The position numbers and the translations under genes were made by a program. The notes beneath the pieces are model-generated. The model had not been told where the DNA came from, made no database searches, and worked only from the letters and a program-made list of their open reading frames with translations. Of a stretch of DNA of 64,000 bases, positions 27,770 to 41,668 are shown in pieces; position 1 is the stretch's first letter, and every line of letters begins with the position of its first letter. This stretch comes from Octopus sinensis (Eukaryota), in assembly GCF_006345805.1 (NCBI RefSeq), contig NC_043002.1:39246001-39310000 (forward strand), in the 5' to 3' direction.

Positions 27770-28700
27770 GTGTTGAGTCAAGAGTTTTGCAATATTTTGT
27801 TAACTTAATTTCTTTTATTTGTCGAGTTACAACAAAAGCAGGCAAGCCTTCAAAGTAGAAGCACTGTTTTACACTATCTGAAGCCAAAGTTCTGCCAGTT
27901 CTTTGCTCCCATGTTGATACCAGTTCTTATCCTTCGAGGAGAAGAACTCCTTTACTGAAGCTTCTACTGCTTCTTACTTGATGAAGAGTCGCGAGCGCAG
28001 GAAGTGAACCACAGAACGGAAGAAGTAATAATCCGAGGGATCTAGATCCAGACTATATGCTGAGTGTGGCATCAGTTAGATTCCCTCAATTTCCTAGAGT
28101 TTATTCTAGGTCGATCGAGGGGTATGAGGTATTCTGTGATCTTGCTGCAGAAGATCTCGCTTTCTGTTAATCAATACCATATATTTTTTCCGCACGGTGA
28201 CACTCCGCTCCAGCCGTTTGGTGTACAGACTAGTATCGATGGTTCGGCCGTCTGGACCGAACTCGTAGTGAATCATCCCCTCATAATTCCACCAGACACA
28301 GAGCGTCACCTTGTCTTCGAAACGCTCATGTTTGGCGATAGGTTCTGGGTGTTGGCCCTTGCTGAACCACTGCTTATGCACGTTAGGATGGCAAAAGAAT
28401 ATCTCCCTCAGATTACTTGTTCCGATCCATAGCTCACTTCCTGAGCTCGCAACGGTTCATCAACCAAGAGGAGGTAGACGCTTCAGTGAAGTTCTTCGCC
28501 TCGAAGGACAAAAGCTATTATCAGCGTGGGATCAAAGAACTGGCAGAAAGGTGGCTTCAAACGGAGCGACACGACGGCCTCTTTGAATGATTGGCTGCTT
28601 TTGTTGTAACTTTACAAGTAAAATAAATAAGCTACCAAAATATTGCAAGAAAACAATATTTTAGACCGCAATAATTTTTTTAATATAAAACTGATTTTCA
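27770..28700. pseudogene. Two diverged mariner 3' halves in inverted orientation (minus 28420 to 27770; plus 28430 to 28700)
   Basis: KVTLCVWWNYEGMIHYE on minus; both carry HFL..S....EE...SV..FF.SKDK..Y..G.KELAE.W C-terminus. Confidence 0.85.
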
Positions 28701-29399
28701 GAGGTGTACCTGCCAGGTAAGTGATTTGATTTGAAACTGTGTGTTGAAAGTAAAACAATTGCAGCGTGGAAAACACATTATCTATTCAAAAACACACAAA
28801 GACTGCTAACTTCGCTTAAACGTTTTTTATTTGTTACAACGTATCAAGCGTTTCGTCGCGCGAACTGCTACATGGTTATTGACAAGAGTACAGATTTGCT
28901 AATGTTACATGTAGTGTCACAAGTTAGACTGGACATAATTTGCTAGACATAAACTGAAGTTATCGTTTCTCTCTCTCTCACTCCCACTCTCTTTCTAGCT
29001 ATGCTAACAGGGTAGTGAAACGAAACATTTTCATTTTGCCATATATATTTATTTTGCTTACCTGGCTCTATAAGCTTAGTCAAATCATATTGAAACCTCA
29101 ATTAAATATTGAACTATGCGTGAGTGAGAGAGAGGAGAGAGAAAGCGACACACAGACATTCAGACAGAACAAAAGAAAGAGGTGGAGACAGCGATGCTTT
29201 AATTCAGAAGTTTAATGAAAGAACTTGAAAGCAGTCGTAATATATCACAATGTTAACATTTTGTGACTTGTAGAAATGTATAAAGCTTACATCATTAATG
29301 ATGTAACCGTTTGCTTATGAATACATAAGTAGGCGCAGGTTGTCTAGAATGCTTATTATATTCAAGAATTCACGCAGTCACTTTACTGCTTGTTGAATC

Positions 29400-30560
29400 A
29401 GAGCGTTGGTTTACAACAGCATTTTACTCATGGGTTTGATGACATAATCAACATTGGCATTCTTTCAGTAATTCAAAATCTTTTAAACGTGCCTGTTACC
29501 TGCAGACATTACCAGACTGCCTTCTCAATATCTCTTGCTACCTACCCATCCCAAAACTCAAATTTTATCTAGTTACATTCTAAGACTTCGATGTTTATCA
29601 TGCCCGAGTGACATCACGTACCAAATATCCACACCTTTCTTTTCTCCAATCCCACCTCGTACACTTCCAGCATTCCACATTTGTTTGGGTCAATTTATTA
29701 CTATTTTTGTCCCTTAAACTCTTCTTAAGTCACTGGGTATTCGCCGTAGCTTAGCAAAATTTATCACTCACCCACCTTATTTTTAGTTTATTGCATAGCG
29801 ATAAAGGTAGCAAATACGTCTCGGTTGTAACTGTAACATTTGTAGAGCAGAATATTCAAACTCGGTGATTGTCTTATCGTATAACCGCTCAAAGCATTGC
29901 ATATTTCAGTTCCAGGTCTCGGTCTTTTGTCAGCATAAACACTGAAATTTACCGTTTACAACGAACATTCAACTAACCACCCAAAGGGTTGCTGAAAAAA
30001 ATTCAAACACCCGCCTGAAATCAGATACCATGCACCTATTGTGACCTGTCAATACATCGAATGAAGTTTTGTTGCCTGTCGCACTTCTTACATCTAGGTG
30101 CATCAAACAGTTTTCTCTCCCGCATTTCTACAAGCATGCACCTTAACTCAAACAATGACACAATGCGGCCCTCGTGTTAAACTTAAATAAACCGATCTTT
30201 TTCTTTATTTTTTTTTTTTTTTTTTTTTTTTGCTTTTAGTCTGGTGCTACTTTTCTTAAGCAGGCTTATCCTCCAATATGCTGCTTTCCATTGTTGCATC
30301 CTTGCAGAACCGTATCTACTCTTCTTTAAACGTTCTCTTTAAAGAGATATACTACCAGATGCTGACGACTGACGACTGCAATTCTTGCCTAACTCGCTTG
30401 TAAGTTTCCGTGCCAGGAACAACGAGTTCAGTTTTCACTAACCGGGCTCCTTTCTATCTCTTATCTAAATTTATCGTGCAAATCATAAATTTGATGCATG
30501 TATAACCAACTACTGGAAACTATGAACAACCTACACTATCCGTATTTGCGGTAACAAAAC
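29400..30560 (-). pseudogene. Highly degenerate RTE-like LINE RT fragment
   Basis: Weak RVRQE and TETW...RRI..I.W-like peptides with many stops. Confidence 0.4.
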
Positions 30561-31795
30561 ACTATACACACACGTTCTGGACGACTCGCTGCAGTTTGTC
30601 CAAGAACACGTGAACATATTTGGAAAACCTTGATGGAACTGTCAAATAGAATTATCTAAGCATATATACAAGATTTTTGTACCCTTCAATAAGATGCCAT
30701 TGCCATTTAGCTATTAACACTAGTTAGTAGAATGTTCAAGATGTTTCTAGATGCCTGTAGAAGTCTGTGCATCCGGCCCCAGTTGGAGTATCACTGGTCA
30801 CTAATCTGAAAGGACTACCTTCACTTCTGCTCACTTCCATGAAAATCAATCTATAATTCTGGATTCAGAAATAGTCCTAATCTCAGTACCCAAGCATTTC
30901 TGAAAACCCCGCTCATTTTGGAGTAAATCTTGTAGATGATGATGACCAGATAGCGTGTGAGTGCGTATAAACCTTAAAAACTTGTTTCACTGATAGATCC
31001 TATGAGGTGTAACACACAGCAATGTTCAAAATCGTGCGTGTGTACAAACTGATCACATTTTAAAGATCTTGACAACCGATTTCATTTGGTGAATAAATTG
31101 TGTGTATTGAACATGTTCTGAAGTAATTATAGCGATTTAAAACCATTTTATTTTTTCAGAATTCTACAAAACCTGCAATGAAATGGCATTTTAATTTTTT
31201 TTTTCTTCTTTTTGTTGATAAGGGAAAGATTTCAAATCCCTGAATTTTAAAAGCTTGGTACTTAAATTGATTTAAAAACATATCAGGTATCACACATATC
31301 ACAAGATTTTTCTTGGGCTTTTTTTTTTTTAATCCAGGTTATAAAATAAATCAAATGTGTAATCTGTATTGTACCACAAAATCTTGAAAATGCAGTTTTC
31401 AGCAAAAATTTCATCTGCAAATGTAGAGATAGTCGAAAAATTATTAAGTTCAGCGAATTAATAAGCGTAAATGAAACATCTCAAGTTCAGTGAATAGCAG
31501 CTGATTAAACTTGGCATGTTAGTTACTTGTTCTAAGTCATAATTCAATATCTAATTACATATGCAAATTAGTTAGCTATGTTTTCAAAATTTAAATATGC
31601 AAATTAGTTTCAATAATTTTTCAAATTCTCCACTGAATTACATTCACCACATTTGAGAAGAACTGTATTGTTCTATCTGTCGATAGTAAACCTAAGTAAA
31701 ATATACACCCAGGTACTGCAACTAAAATTTCTCATTCCAGAAAATCTGATTATACTAGTAGAAATCCCGATACAATAAACAAGCTTAAAACAAGA

Positions 31796-31837
31796 CACCT
31801 GAAGACGGCTGCAACGTACAACAGCCGAAACGTAGTG
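31796..31837 (+). ncRNA. Minimal type I hammerhead ribozyme
   Basis: cac-CTGAAGA-c-[ggctg/cagcc stem II]-GAAA-cgt-A-gtg; 3-bp stem I and palindromic stem III. Confidence 0.8.
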
Positions 31838-32619
31838 AAAGTAACAATCAAGATAAGGACACCAGTCCGACTAATATTTTGCCTTTGCTTCAATTTGTAC
31901 AGGTTGCACCCAAGTCTCAAAATAAGAGACGTCAAGGGACAAGGCTTTGCATCTACAGATACAAACAAGTGAAGCGCTATGCAATTCAAGAAACAAAAAA
32001 AAACTCATCTCAGCAATATAGAATTGCATACTAGTAGAAGAAAGCCTAGATTTTGTAAATTTAAACATTTTTTTCACCTTTTCATTGCGAAATTAAATTT
32101 CATAGCTATTCCAGTAACGTTAAATATCTATCAAAAAGTAGAATTATTTCCTGCAAGTCACGTTGTTCTCAATAAACTTGACGTACCTGGAAAGAAAAAA
32201 AAATCATTTCAAACATTGACTTTCCTCAATGAAAGTTAGATTGGAGTAATAAATTTTTAAAAATTCATTTGCATTGTTCACTACTTTCTAACTCCCATTT
32301 GTCCCATTTGACCAAATTCCCTATCAGTTTTTCTAGCGGAGCTTCATATTCAATATATCTTCTTCCACTACCACTCCTAACTACAGCTATCGGATGTTTA
32401 CTTCGGATAGTACATTTCTCAATGTCTCCTGATCACACAGCGAACTACGTAGATGAGCATGCGAATCAATTCTACATTTCTGCTCGGGAGCAGTGGAATG
32501 TCTCCTTGCGTTTCTATGTGGAATTTTAGCGCCACTGACCAGTAGTGTCTGGTGCAAGTAACGTAGTCTATGCCTTCCCATGTATGCCATTTTATGCAGT
32601 TTTCTGTCTTGCATCATAT

Positions 32620-33830
32620 ACATCACCCAAAAGTAGACAGAGATCGAATGTACTTTCCCAAAAAAGGAGGCAGTCGGAGTTTAATACAATCTTGATTCTC
32701 ATTGAAAACTGCAACAAACAAATGACTGGATGTTGAAGATGATTCTACAACACGAAGATACCAAAAAGTTGCACGGATTATGCAATAGAATACCTTCGGG
32801 AAATGCAGCTAAATGAACCAGTACTCGAAGAAAATGGGTCCCCAACTAAAAAAGCAAAACAAATAATACATATATATAGCCAAACAAACCAGCCTCCACT
32901 ATACTAGGAGAAATGGAAACAAAAACTACTGTATGGCAAATACCTAATTAGAGCCAAGAATCCTGATGGAGACCAAATCATAACCATCAGGGGCTGGCAT
33001 GCTCTCATTTCAAACCAGAAACTAAGGGATATATCAATACTGCTGAGGATCAGTCCATTCCAACTAGGAATTACTAGAGTAATGTTCTGAAACCTGAAAG
33101 AAGCCCATCGTTCTGCATTTGTGGAGAACATCCAGAGACAATCGACCACATAATCTCTGGATGCAGCCAACTGGCACCAAGAGTAGTTGCTAAGACGTGG
33201 CAGGGCAACTCAGTACGTACACTGGTCAATATGTCACACATGCAACCTCCCTCACAAAGAGAATTGTTGGGAACATAAACCACCACAAATTGTCCAGAAC
33301 GCTGAAGTTACCAACCTTTGGAATTTAAGGGTTCAAACTGATTGGGAAATTCAGTACAACCGACCAGATATCAATACGAAAAAAATCATATTAAAAAGAC
33401 ATGATTTTTTTTTTAAGGAAGGGCATCTTTGGTGTTAGGAAGGGCATTCTTGGTGTTAGAAAAGGCATCCAGTTATAAAAACCATACTAAAACAAACACA
33501 ATAGCCTGGTGTATTCTTCTACCTGGCCGGCTCCTCTCAAACCGGCCAACGCATGCCAGCATGGAAAGCGGACGTTAAACGATGATGATGTCGCAATCCC
33601 ACTTGTCAAAGAAACACGTCTCTGGAGAACGTTGAGAAATTGAATTAATATAAGGACGTGAAGACAGAAATTAGAAGAATGTGGCATTTTGAAGTACAAA
33701 ACTACCTATTGTTATTAGATAGCAAACGAAAACACCGCATATCCAAACCAAATACCTGGCAACTCCAAAATAAATGAATGGCAAAAAATCATACTTATTA
33801 AGTACCTCACGTATTGTAGTTTCCTCTCCA
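32620..33830 (+). pseudogene. R4/Dong-like LINE C-terminal half (post-RT, CCHC, REL), split by an RTE-tail SINE piece at ~33440-33590
   Basis: HHPKVDRDRMYFPKKGG, KWKQKLLYGKY, RATQYVHWSIC...WEHKPPQ...YNRPDI, DVAIP, KYKDV-like...IRRMW. Confidence 0.85.
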
Positions 33831-34276
33831 TGTAAACGCAATCTTATTCATTCAGGGTATAAAGAGGTTCTTTTTTTTTTCTTTTTACACAGCAGACATC
33901 GGTTTTTGTTTTGCCTTTTTTTTTTTTCAATAGCATAACACCTCTCATGCTTGCAGCGTCAAATCCCTTGGTGTCTCTGAGATTAGGTTGCAGCTTGTAC
34001 AAACTAAAGCAAAGACAAAACAGCAACAACAATAATAATCCTTTCTACTAAAAGCACAAAGCCTGGAATTTGGGGGAAAGGGGATAGTCGATTACATCGA
34101 CCCGAGTCCACAACTGGTACTTATTTTATCGAATCCCAAAAGATGAAAAGCAAAGTAAAGTCGATCCCGGTGGAATTTGAACTCAGAACGTAAAGGCGGA
34201 CGAAATGCTGCTTGATGGGGTTACGATTCTGCCAGCTTACCGTCTTCTAAATAATAATAACCCAATAATAATAATA

Positions 34277-34842
34277 TTGGGTTGTCCGGAAAGTTCGTGC
34301 CGATTTATAGTAGCTTACCTTTCAACTTATTTTAGAACATGTTTGAGTCTATAAAATAGGATTTGACTACACCTCTATTTAGAGCACAATTTAAGCTATC
34401 TTTTCGTGGAAGAAAGTTTATGTTCCTATAACCTGTGTTAATTCTGTAATCCATTAAAATGGAAGATAAGAAAGTTCATTTTTGCCACTTAATGCTTTGG
34501 GAACCAGACAAAAATTGCTGCAGCACGGCTGGGATGTGTTACCCTACCCTCTATATTCACCAGATATTGCTCCTTCGGATTTCCACTTATTCAGGTCTCT
34601 GCAGAATAGTCTTAATCGTAAAAATTTCAATTCCTTGGATGATGTAAAAAGATACCTTGATAAATTCTTTGCCATGAAACCACCTCAATTCTGGGAAGAG
34701 GGTATTTTCAAGTTAAATGAAAGATGGAGACGCATTGTGCAACAAAATAGTTCATATTTGGTTGATTAAAAATGTAATGGCAAGTATTTATTGACCTTTT
34801 TCTTTCCATTAAAAATCAGCACGAACTTTCCGGACAACCCAA
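34277..34842 (+). mobile_element. Internally deleted mariner with intact 30-bp TIRs and TA duplication
   Basis: TIR ttgggttgtccggaaagttcgtgc(c/t)gattt; MEDKKVHF N-terminus joined to WDVLPYPLYSPDIAPSDFHLFRSLQN C-terminus. Confidence 0.95.
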
Positions 34843-35900
34843 TAGTTTCAAATTTTTCCACAAAGGCAGCCATTTTGGAGAGAGGATAAGTGAATTACAT
34901 CAAGCCCAGTGTTCAGCTTGCACTTATTTTATCGACCCCGAAAGGATGATAGGCAAAGTCGACCTTGTGGAATTTGAGCTCAGAACGTAAAAACGGGCGA
35001 AAGATTTTGCCCGGCGTGCTAATGGTTCTGCCAGCTCACCACCTAACAATAATAACATTCTTCCTACTAAAGGTACAAGCCTGAAATTTTGTGGGAGGGG
35101 GCTAGTCGAGTACATCGACGCCATTGTTTCACTTGTACTTAATTTATCGACCCCGAAAGTATGAGAAGCAAAATCGACCTCAGAGGAATTTGAACTCAGA
35201 ATGTACGAACGAGCGAAATGACGCTAAGCATTTTGCCCAGCGTGCTAACGATTCTGCCACCGCCTTTTCTAATAATAATAATAAACTTCAAAGACAGGAA
35301 ATTTTTGTGAAATAATTTCTTTATTGAACAAAATTTTTTGGCATTTATACAAAATGTAATATTTAACTTTTAATAAATGAAATAAACACACTAACTCACA
35401 TAATATATATACATATATATATATATATACAGAGAGAGAGAGAGAGAGAGGAGAGAGTGAAAGGGGGATTACTGAGAAAAAGTAGAAAATGCGTCCAAAT
35501 TTTTATATATACATATAGGAATAAATGTGTGGTAAGTAGCTTGCTTCCCAACCACATGGTTCCGGGTTCAGCCCCACAGGGTGACACCTTGGGCAAGAGT
35601 CTTCTACTACAGCCTCGGGCTGACCAAAGCCATGAGTGAGTTCGGTAGACGGAAACTGAAAGAAGCTCGTCGTATAGATGTGTGTGTGTGTGTGTGTGAC
35701 TGTTCCCCCACCATCGCTTGACAACCGATGTTGGTGTGTTTACGTCCCTGGAGCCAAGCGGTTCGGCGAAAGAGACCAATAGAATACGTACAACGCTTAC
35801 AAAGAATAAGTCCTGGGGACGATTTGTTCAACTAAAGGCGGTGCTCCAGCATGCCTGCAGTCAAATGACAAGTAAAATAATTATATATATATATATTATT

Positions 35901-36410
35901 GATGTACCTATGGGAGCGCCAGATTCAGCACAGGTAACCGACCTAGTTGGGATCTACCTACTTTCCGAATCAAAATTAGAAAATTTAAATATAGAAGGGG
36001 GCTTATATAGGGATGATTTGCTATTGATAACAAAAAACTGTACAAATAGAACTCTAGAAAATTATAAAAAGAAATTATACAGGCTTTTTTTTTTTGTAAT
36101 TACGGGTTAGAAACTACTATCTATAATGAACATTATAATGTAAATTTTGTAGATGCAAATTTGAATATTGCTACAGAGTTGATACAACCTTTCCATAAAC
36201 TTAATGAAAACTTAAAATACATAAATGCATATAGTAACCACCCCACCTCGATAAAAAAAAACGTTAATAGATAACATTGGGAAAAGATTATCAATGCTCT
36301 CTTCTAATTATAAGAGCTTCCTAAAACGCTGACTACAACAATGAAGCATTAAGGAAGGCTGAATATAAGGAAGAAATTAAATTCTATAATAAGAATATAA
36401 ATAGTAATCG
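35901..36410 (+). pseudogene. Penelope-like reverse transcriptase fragment
   Basis: DVPMGAPDSAQVTDLVGIYLL...GLYRDDLL, VNFVDANLN, YINAYSNHP. Confidence 0.9.
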
Positions 36411-36719
36411 ACCTATATACAACAGGAAAAAAACTTGCACACTTTGGCATTGGTAAGGATTCAATGGCACTAGACGTGCTAGGATCGAGCTGAAAATTGG
36501 CAAGGATACTAAATGCGTGGTGAGGATGCGACCCGCGATGGTTAAAATTTGCAAGCTATAAAGATGTGGTTGCTATGGCAAAAAGAGTAATTTTATTAAT
36601 ATTTCAGTATTCAGAAATAGATACGTTGTAAGGTGAACAACTCAGTAGTTTCAATGATTACATTTACAAGTAACGACTGTACATAAATATCAAGATCACT
36701 TATTTGTTGCGAAATAATG

Positions 36720-36783
<64 letters not shown>

Positions 36784-36933
36784 CGTGCGCGCGCATACGA
36801 GCGCGAGAGTTGGCTGTTAATTCAATCGAACATAAAGAAATCAATAAAGTAGTTAAAAAAGCAATTAATAATTTTAAGAATAATTTCACCAAACCTGATA
36901 GTATAAAAGGTAGCAAAGCATGATAAAAGATAA

Positions 36934-37356
36934 TCTATATATATATATATATATATATAAAGCTGAAGGTAGGTAGGTAGGGGTGTGGGGGGGCAGGTTT
37001 GGTAGCCTTCAACTAACACTATCTCCTCCGAGACCCTGCAGTGCAAGTTGACCAAAATTGAGAGTATGATAGAAGCCTTGCTCTTCCTTCAGTAAAAGAA
37101 AAAACTTCAAATCGGACCATGTTAACACCAAAAATTATTTTACATCACAAAGGTGCTTTTTTTTTCCATGAAAATCCCTATTTTTAACGATTTTTTTTAC
37201 TGCTGTATCGCCATTTTTCGGTGTATTTCAGCCAGAAAAATGTTCACTTAAAGAGAATAACAAGCTACATAATGCAAAATTTTAACTTTTAAAAAATTCC
37301 TATTCTAAAGGGTCGAAAAGAAAACAAACCCGAGCAACGCCGGACTATACTGCTAG
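36934..37356 (+). mobile_element. Non-autonomous Helitron-like element
   Basis: A|TC 5' start; 3' GC-rich subterminal hairpin-like motif ccgagcaacgccgg then CTAG|T. Confidence 0.8.
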
Positions 37357-38596
37357 TCTACCTATATAAAAGAGGAAAAAACTTGACACTTTGGCTTTGG
37401 TAAAGGTTCAATGGCACTAGACGTAACTGGACTGTACTTTCAATATGATACATTACCAAATGTTGTCGAGTTTGATGACTTGACAGATTACATGCGGGAT
37501 ATGTCTGGACATGTATAAAAGACTGAGGAAATTATGGTTAATTAGAACAGTAAAATGGAACTGCTGCTTTGGGGGACAGTAAGCCATTTAATTTTTTCAC
37601 TATTATTCATTATATTCACATTTCATACGTTACGTTCTATGTACCCCACGGTTTGTGTTGTCAGTCCGTGTGGGGTCCCTTCTTTTTTCAGGCTTTATGC
37701 CTATAATAAAGAAATAGAAGGTATGCCGTCCGAACATGAGATATAACAGTCTGGCATATATAATTTACATAAACACGTGTAACAAAAGTTATAAGGAGAG
37801 AACAAGGTAAAATAAGACGTCACGTGTTGCTTCAAGTCATTTGCATAGAAAAAGGTTTTAGAATATATAGTTTTCAGTTTTGCAGCTAAAGGTTTTTTTG
37901 TTTTGTTTTTTTTTTTTTCTGGTAGTAAAGGAAAAAAACTTGTGTGTGTCGCCGAAATGCTCTGAAAATGTGAGCCCAAACCAACAGAAATAGACATCTG
38001 CTGGTTGGTGGCAGCTGTCCTCCAGGACAGAGGACAAAAAAAAATCCTACAAATGAGGAAACTGCATAAAGAAAACTAGTTAGGGCAAGGTTTAGAGCTG
38101 GAGGTGCAAATGGATAAAATTTAATGTATTTTTTTTTCACATGGTTATACCAAGGAGCTAAGTTGACAATAGAAGACAGAGTAGAGCTACTGTTCATGCC
38201 CGCAAGACATGTGGCAAGGAGTTCACTTGAATCATTACAAAACAAAAAAAGTTTCACTGGAAGTAAGTGTATCAAGGAGTTCTATTTGTTGTATTAACTC
38301 CACTAACAAATTTCACACTACATATTGATGCTATTTTAGTTAAGGTGATTTTCTGCCTCAACTGCTATATATAAAAACATGCTTTTAATGTTGACAAAGA
38401 ACAAAGAAGGAATATTTAAACAAATATTTAAACAAATAATCCAACTTAAAATTTGTAGGAAACTTTTATATGTCATAGTGAACTCTCTAAATATATTAAA
38501 CAAGGGCCATACATACATACACCACAAATGTGTGTGTATATGCCTTAGATGAGGGATGAGGGTTCGTCCCTGGTCGGCACAGAATAGGGAAACATC

Positions 38597-39680
38597 GGAG
38601 GAGTGGGATCGGCGGCCGGTATTTTCTATCTTTCTCGCGTACGGCGTCACTCACCGCCATGTCCTGCTCATATCGGACGATAACGTCAACGATGACGACC
38701 TCGCTAGAACTGCGAAACACTAAATCGGGGATGTATCTGGACCCCGATATTCAATAAACCGGCTCCCAGCCGGTCATCCAACCATACCGCTCGGCCTCCC
38801 TAGCCAACATTCGAGTGTGCCTGGCCAGTCTCTTCGCTTTGAGGCGTGAGCACTGGCCACTGATGTGGGAGATCGTTTCAGACGCACTTCCACACCTTTT
38901 GCAGGTGCTATCGCCACGACCTCCATGGGTGAGGCATTCACGTGTGGGAAACGTGTTGGTCCGCATCTTGAGTATCCCCAAGTAGCATCCCTCCGAGATC
39001 CCACCCGGTCGCGTCAGCCAACTGTTTCCGATCAGGTCCGATTTGAAGGCGGCAGTGCACACCCCCTGGACTGGTTGCGAAGCCCATCTCTTGGCATGGA
39101 CGAGGCGGAGGTCAGGGGCGTATGGATTGCCATCATTTCAGGCAGATGGTAGATCGAACAGGGCGGATAGCTCCTCGTTTTGATGGGCGAGATCGGCAGC
39201 CTGAGCTATCATGCGAACAGCGTCGTATTCGGAGCCCAGTAAACGCAGATTCCTACGAATCACGTTCTTCAGTATAGCGCGCGCCAACTGACAGAGGCTC
39301 AACCCTTCGTCCCTTCTTACACTGTACAGGAAGCTTTTCGAGGTCGAGTCCGGGAGATGGAGCATTCTTCGCGCCCCACCTCGTACAATCATATTGTACG
39401 GTGCTTGGAGTTCTACCAAGCGGTGTGGCTCTCCATTAACGTTTCCAAGTGTGCGTGGTTCTCCATTCGAAATTGGGGAAAGTCTTTTCTAGTCAATGTC
39501 ATCGTCGCCGACGCTCTATGGTTGTCCGGTACCACAAGTCGAGCCGGATGAAAGCGTGCCGTACTTAGGGATGAGGGTTCGTCCCTAGTCGGCACAGAAT
39601 AGGGAAACATCAGATGAGAACGTAACGCGATGCATAAACGAACTATGCCGGGCACTGCTAAAGCCCCGTCAGAAGTTTTT
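38597..39680 (-). pseudogene. R2/NeSL-type non-LTR retrotransposon C-terminal fragment
   Basis: RRMLHLPDST...LYSVRRDEGL, GNSWL...LKMRTNTFPTRE...CKRCGSASETISHISGQC (CCHC), PDLVF...VIVDVIVRYE (REL). Confidence 0.9.
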
Positions 39681-41389
39681 GATGCTACAACAGTATTACC
39701 CGCCTAGTCTGTTTTACAGGCTGACACAGGCGATACCCGCTAAGGTGGCCACACCAGAGCACCACCTTAAAGAGTTTTAGTTGAAGAAATCAGCCCCAGA
39801 ACTTATTCTTTGAAAGCCTAATACTGATTTTATCAGTATCTTTTACTGAACCGCTAAGTTACAGGTACATAAACACACCAGCATCGGTTATCAAGTGACG
39901 GTAGGGAGACAGACACTCACGCACACACACACACACTTATATGAGTGGTCTAGTACACAGGAAGTAATCAGCTGGTTCAATAGAATCAATAATAATGATA
40001 GACACATTTATCCAGGTTGATATAAATGATTACTACTCCTCAATATGTGGCATAATACAGTGCTACTCAAAGCGGTGGTCTGTGAACCATCAGCTGCCAG
40101 TATGCAGCAAGTTTCCAGAAAAGAAAGTAACATTATAAAATGCTTATGTAATATTGTATTATTTGTTTACCACAGCTACAAGACAATATATATGGAACTG
40201 TATTAATGGCTGTTCTGAACTTGAATAAAAAGTTAAAACTTAACAATTTTTCATTCTAAGTAAATTACCAGTCATTAACAGTCATGTACTGGGACAAATA
40301 ATAATGAGTAGCATCAAACAAAATTTCCTGCTCTTGACATTCCAAATTCAAATTCTTCTGTGGCCACCTTTGCATTACAATTATTTTTGGAATCAACAGG
40401 ATAAATTACCAGTCATCACTATTCTACTTACAAACACTAACTACAAATACTGTTTATTAATAATTCTTTATCTTTTACTGGTTTGCACTCAATGGACTGC
40501 GACCATGAAGGGTTTTAGTCAAACAAATCTAAGTCTTATCCTATATTTTATCAGTCTTTTTTTGCCAGATTGCTAAGTTAGAGGACATACGTAAACAAAC
40601 CCCAACACCTGTTGTGAAGTGGAGAGAGACAAAAACAAAAAAAATACACACTTAACAAGCTTCCACATAGTTTTCATCTACCAAATTCACACACAGTGAA
40701 TTGGCCACCCAGAGCTATAGCAGAAGACACACTAGCCCAAGATGTCACACAGTGGGACTGAACCCAAAATCACGTAGTTGCAAATAATTTTTTTTAAATG
40801 ACAAGACTTCTTTTAGAAAGTAGACCTCAGAAACTGAAGTTAAATACAAGTGATATTTTTGGCAATACTTTCTCTCAAAGTGGTAGTTTATCTTCCAACA
40901 GACGTACTTACACAAGAGACACCATACCATTTTGGTAAAATTTTCTCACAAAAAGTTAGTTTATCTTCCCACAAACATATTCAAACAGGATTTCTCTCCA
41001 AGTGGCCATTTATGTGCTGATAGACATATACTCCCAAAGCAACAATATCACTATTCTTTTATTCATTTAATTATTTGACTGCAGTCACACCAGAGCACCA
41101 CCTTAAAGAGTTTTAGTTGAAGAAATCAGCCCCAGAACTTATTCTTTGAAAGATTAATACTGATTTTATCGGTATCTTTTACTGAACCGCTAAGTTACAG
41201 GTACATAAACACACCAGCATCGGTTGTCAAGTGATGGTGGGGAAACAGACACCCACGCACACACACACTTATATGAGTGGTCTAGTACACAGGAAGTAAT
41301 CAGCTGGTTCAATAGAATCAATAATAATGATAGACACATTTATCCAGGTTGATATAAATGATTACTACTCCTCAATATGTGGTATAATA

Positions 41390-41668
41390 CAGTGCTACTC
41401 AAAGTGGTGGTCTGTGGACTGGCACCGGTCTGTGAACCATCAGCTGCCAGTATGCAGCAAGCTTCCAGAAAAGAAAGTAACATTATAAAATGCTTATGTA
41501 ATATTGTATTATTTGTTTACAAAATAAATATAAGATTAAAAAATCACCAACTTTTATTATATTCATTTTATAGTTTCCAGTATAAATCAATATTACTAAG
41601 AAATATTACTGGTCCCTGGAAAAAAAACAAATGCCAGTACGCCACATCAGATAGTTTGACAAGCACTG
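41390..41668. mobile_element. hAT (Charlie-like) MITE
   Basis: TIRs cagtgctactcaaa / cagtgcttgtcaaa; 8-bp flanks gtataata and gtctaata. Confidence 0.8.

Noticed and set aside
32440-32610. Minus-strand peptide GIHGK...LLAPDTTGQWR..KRKE, possibly a DNA-transposon fragment
   Set aside because: Cannot name a family without a database search.
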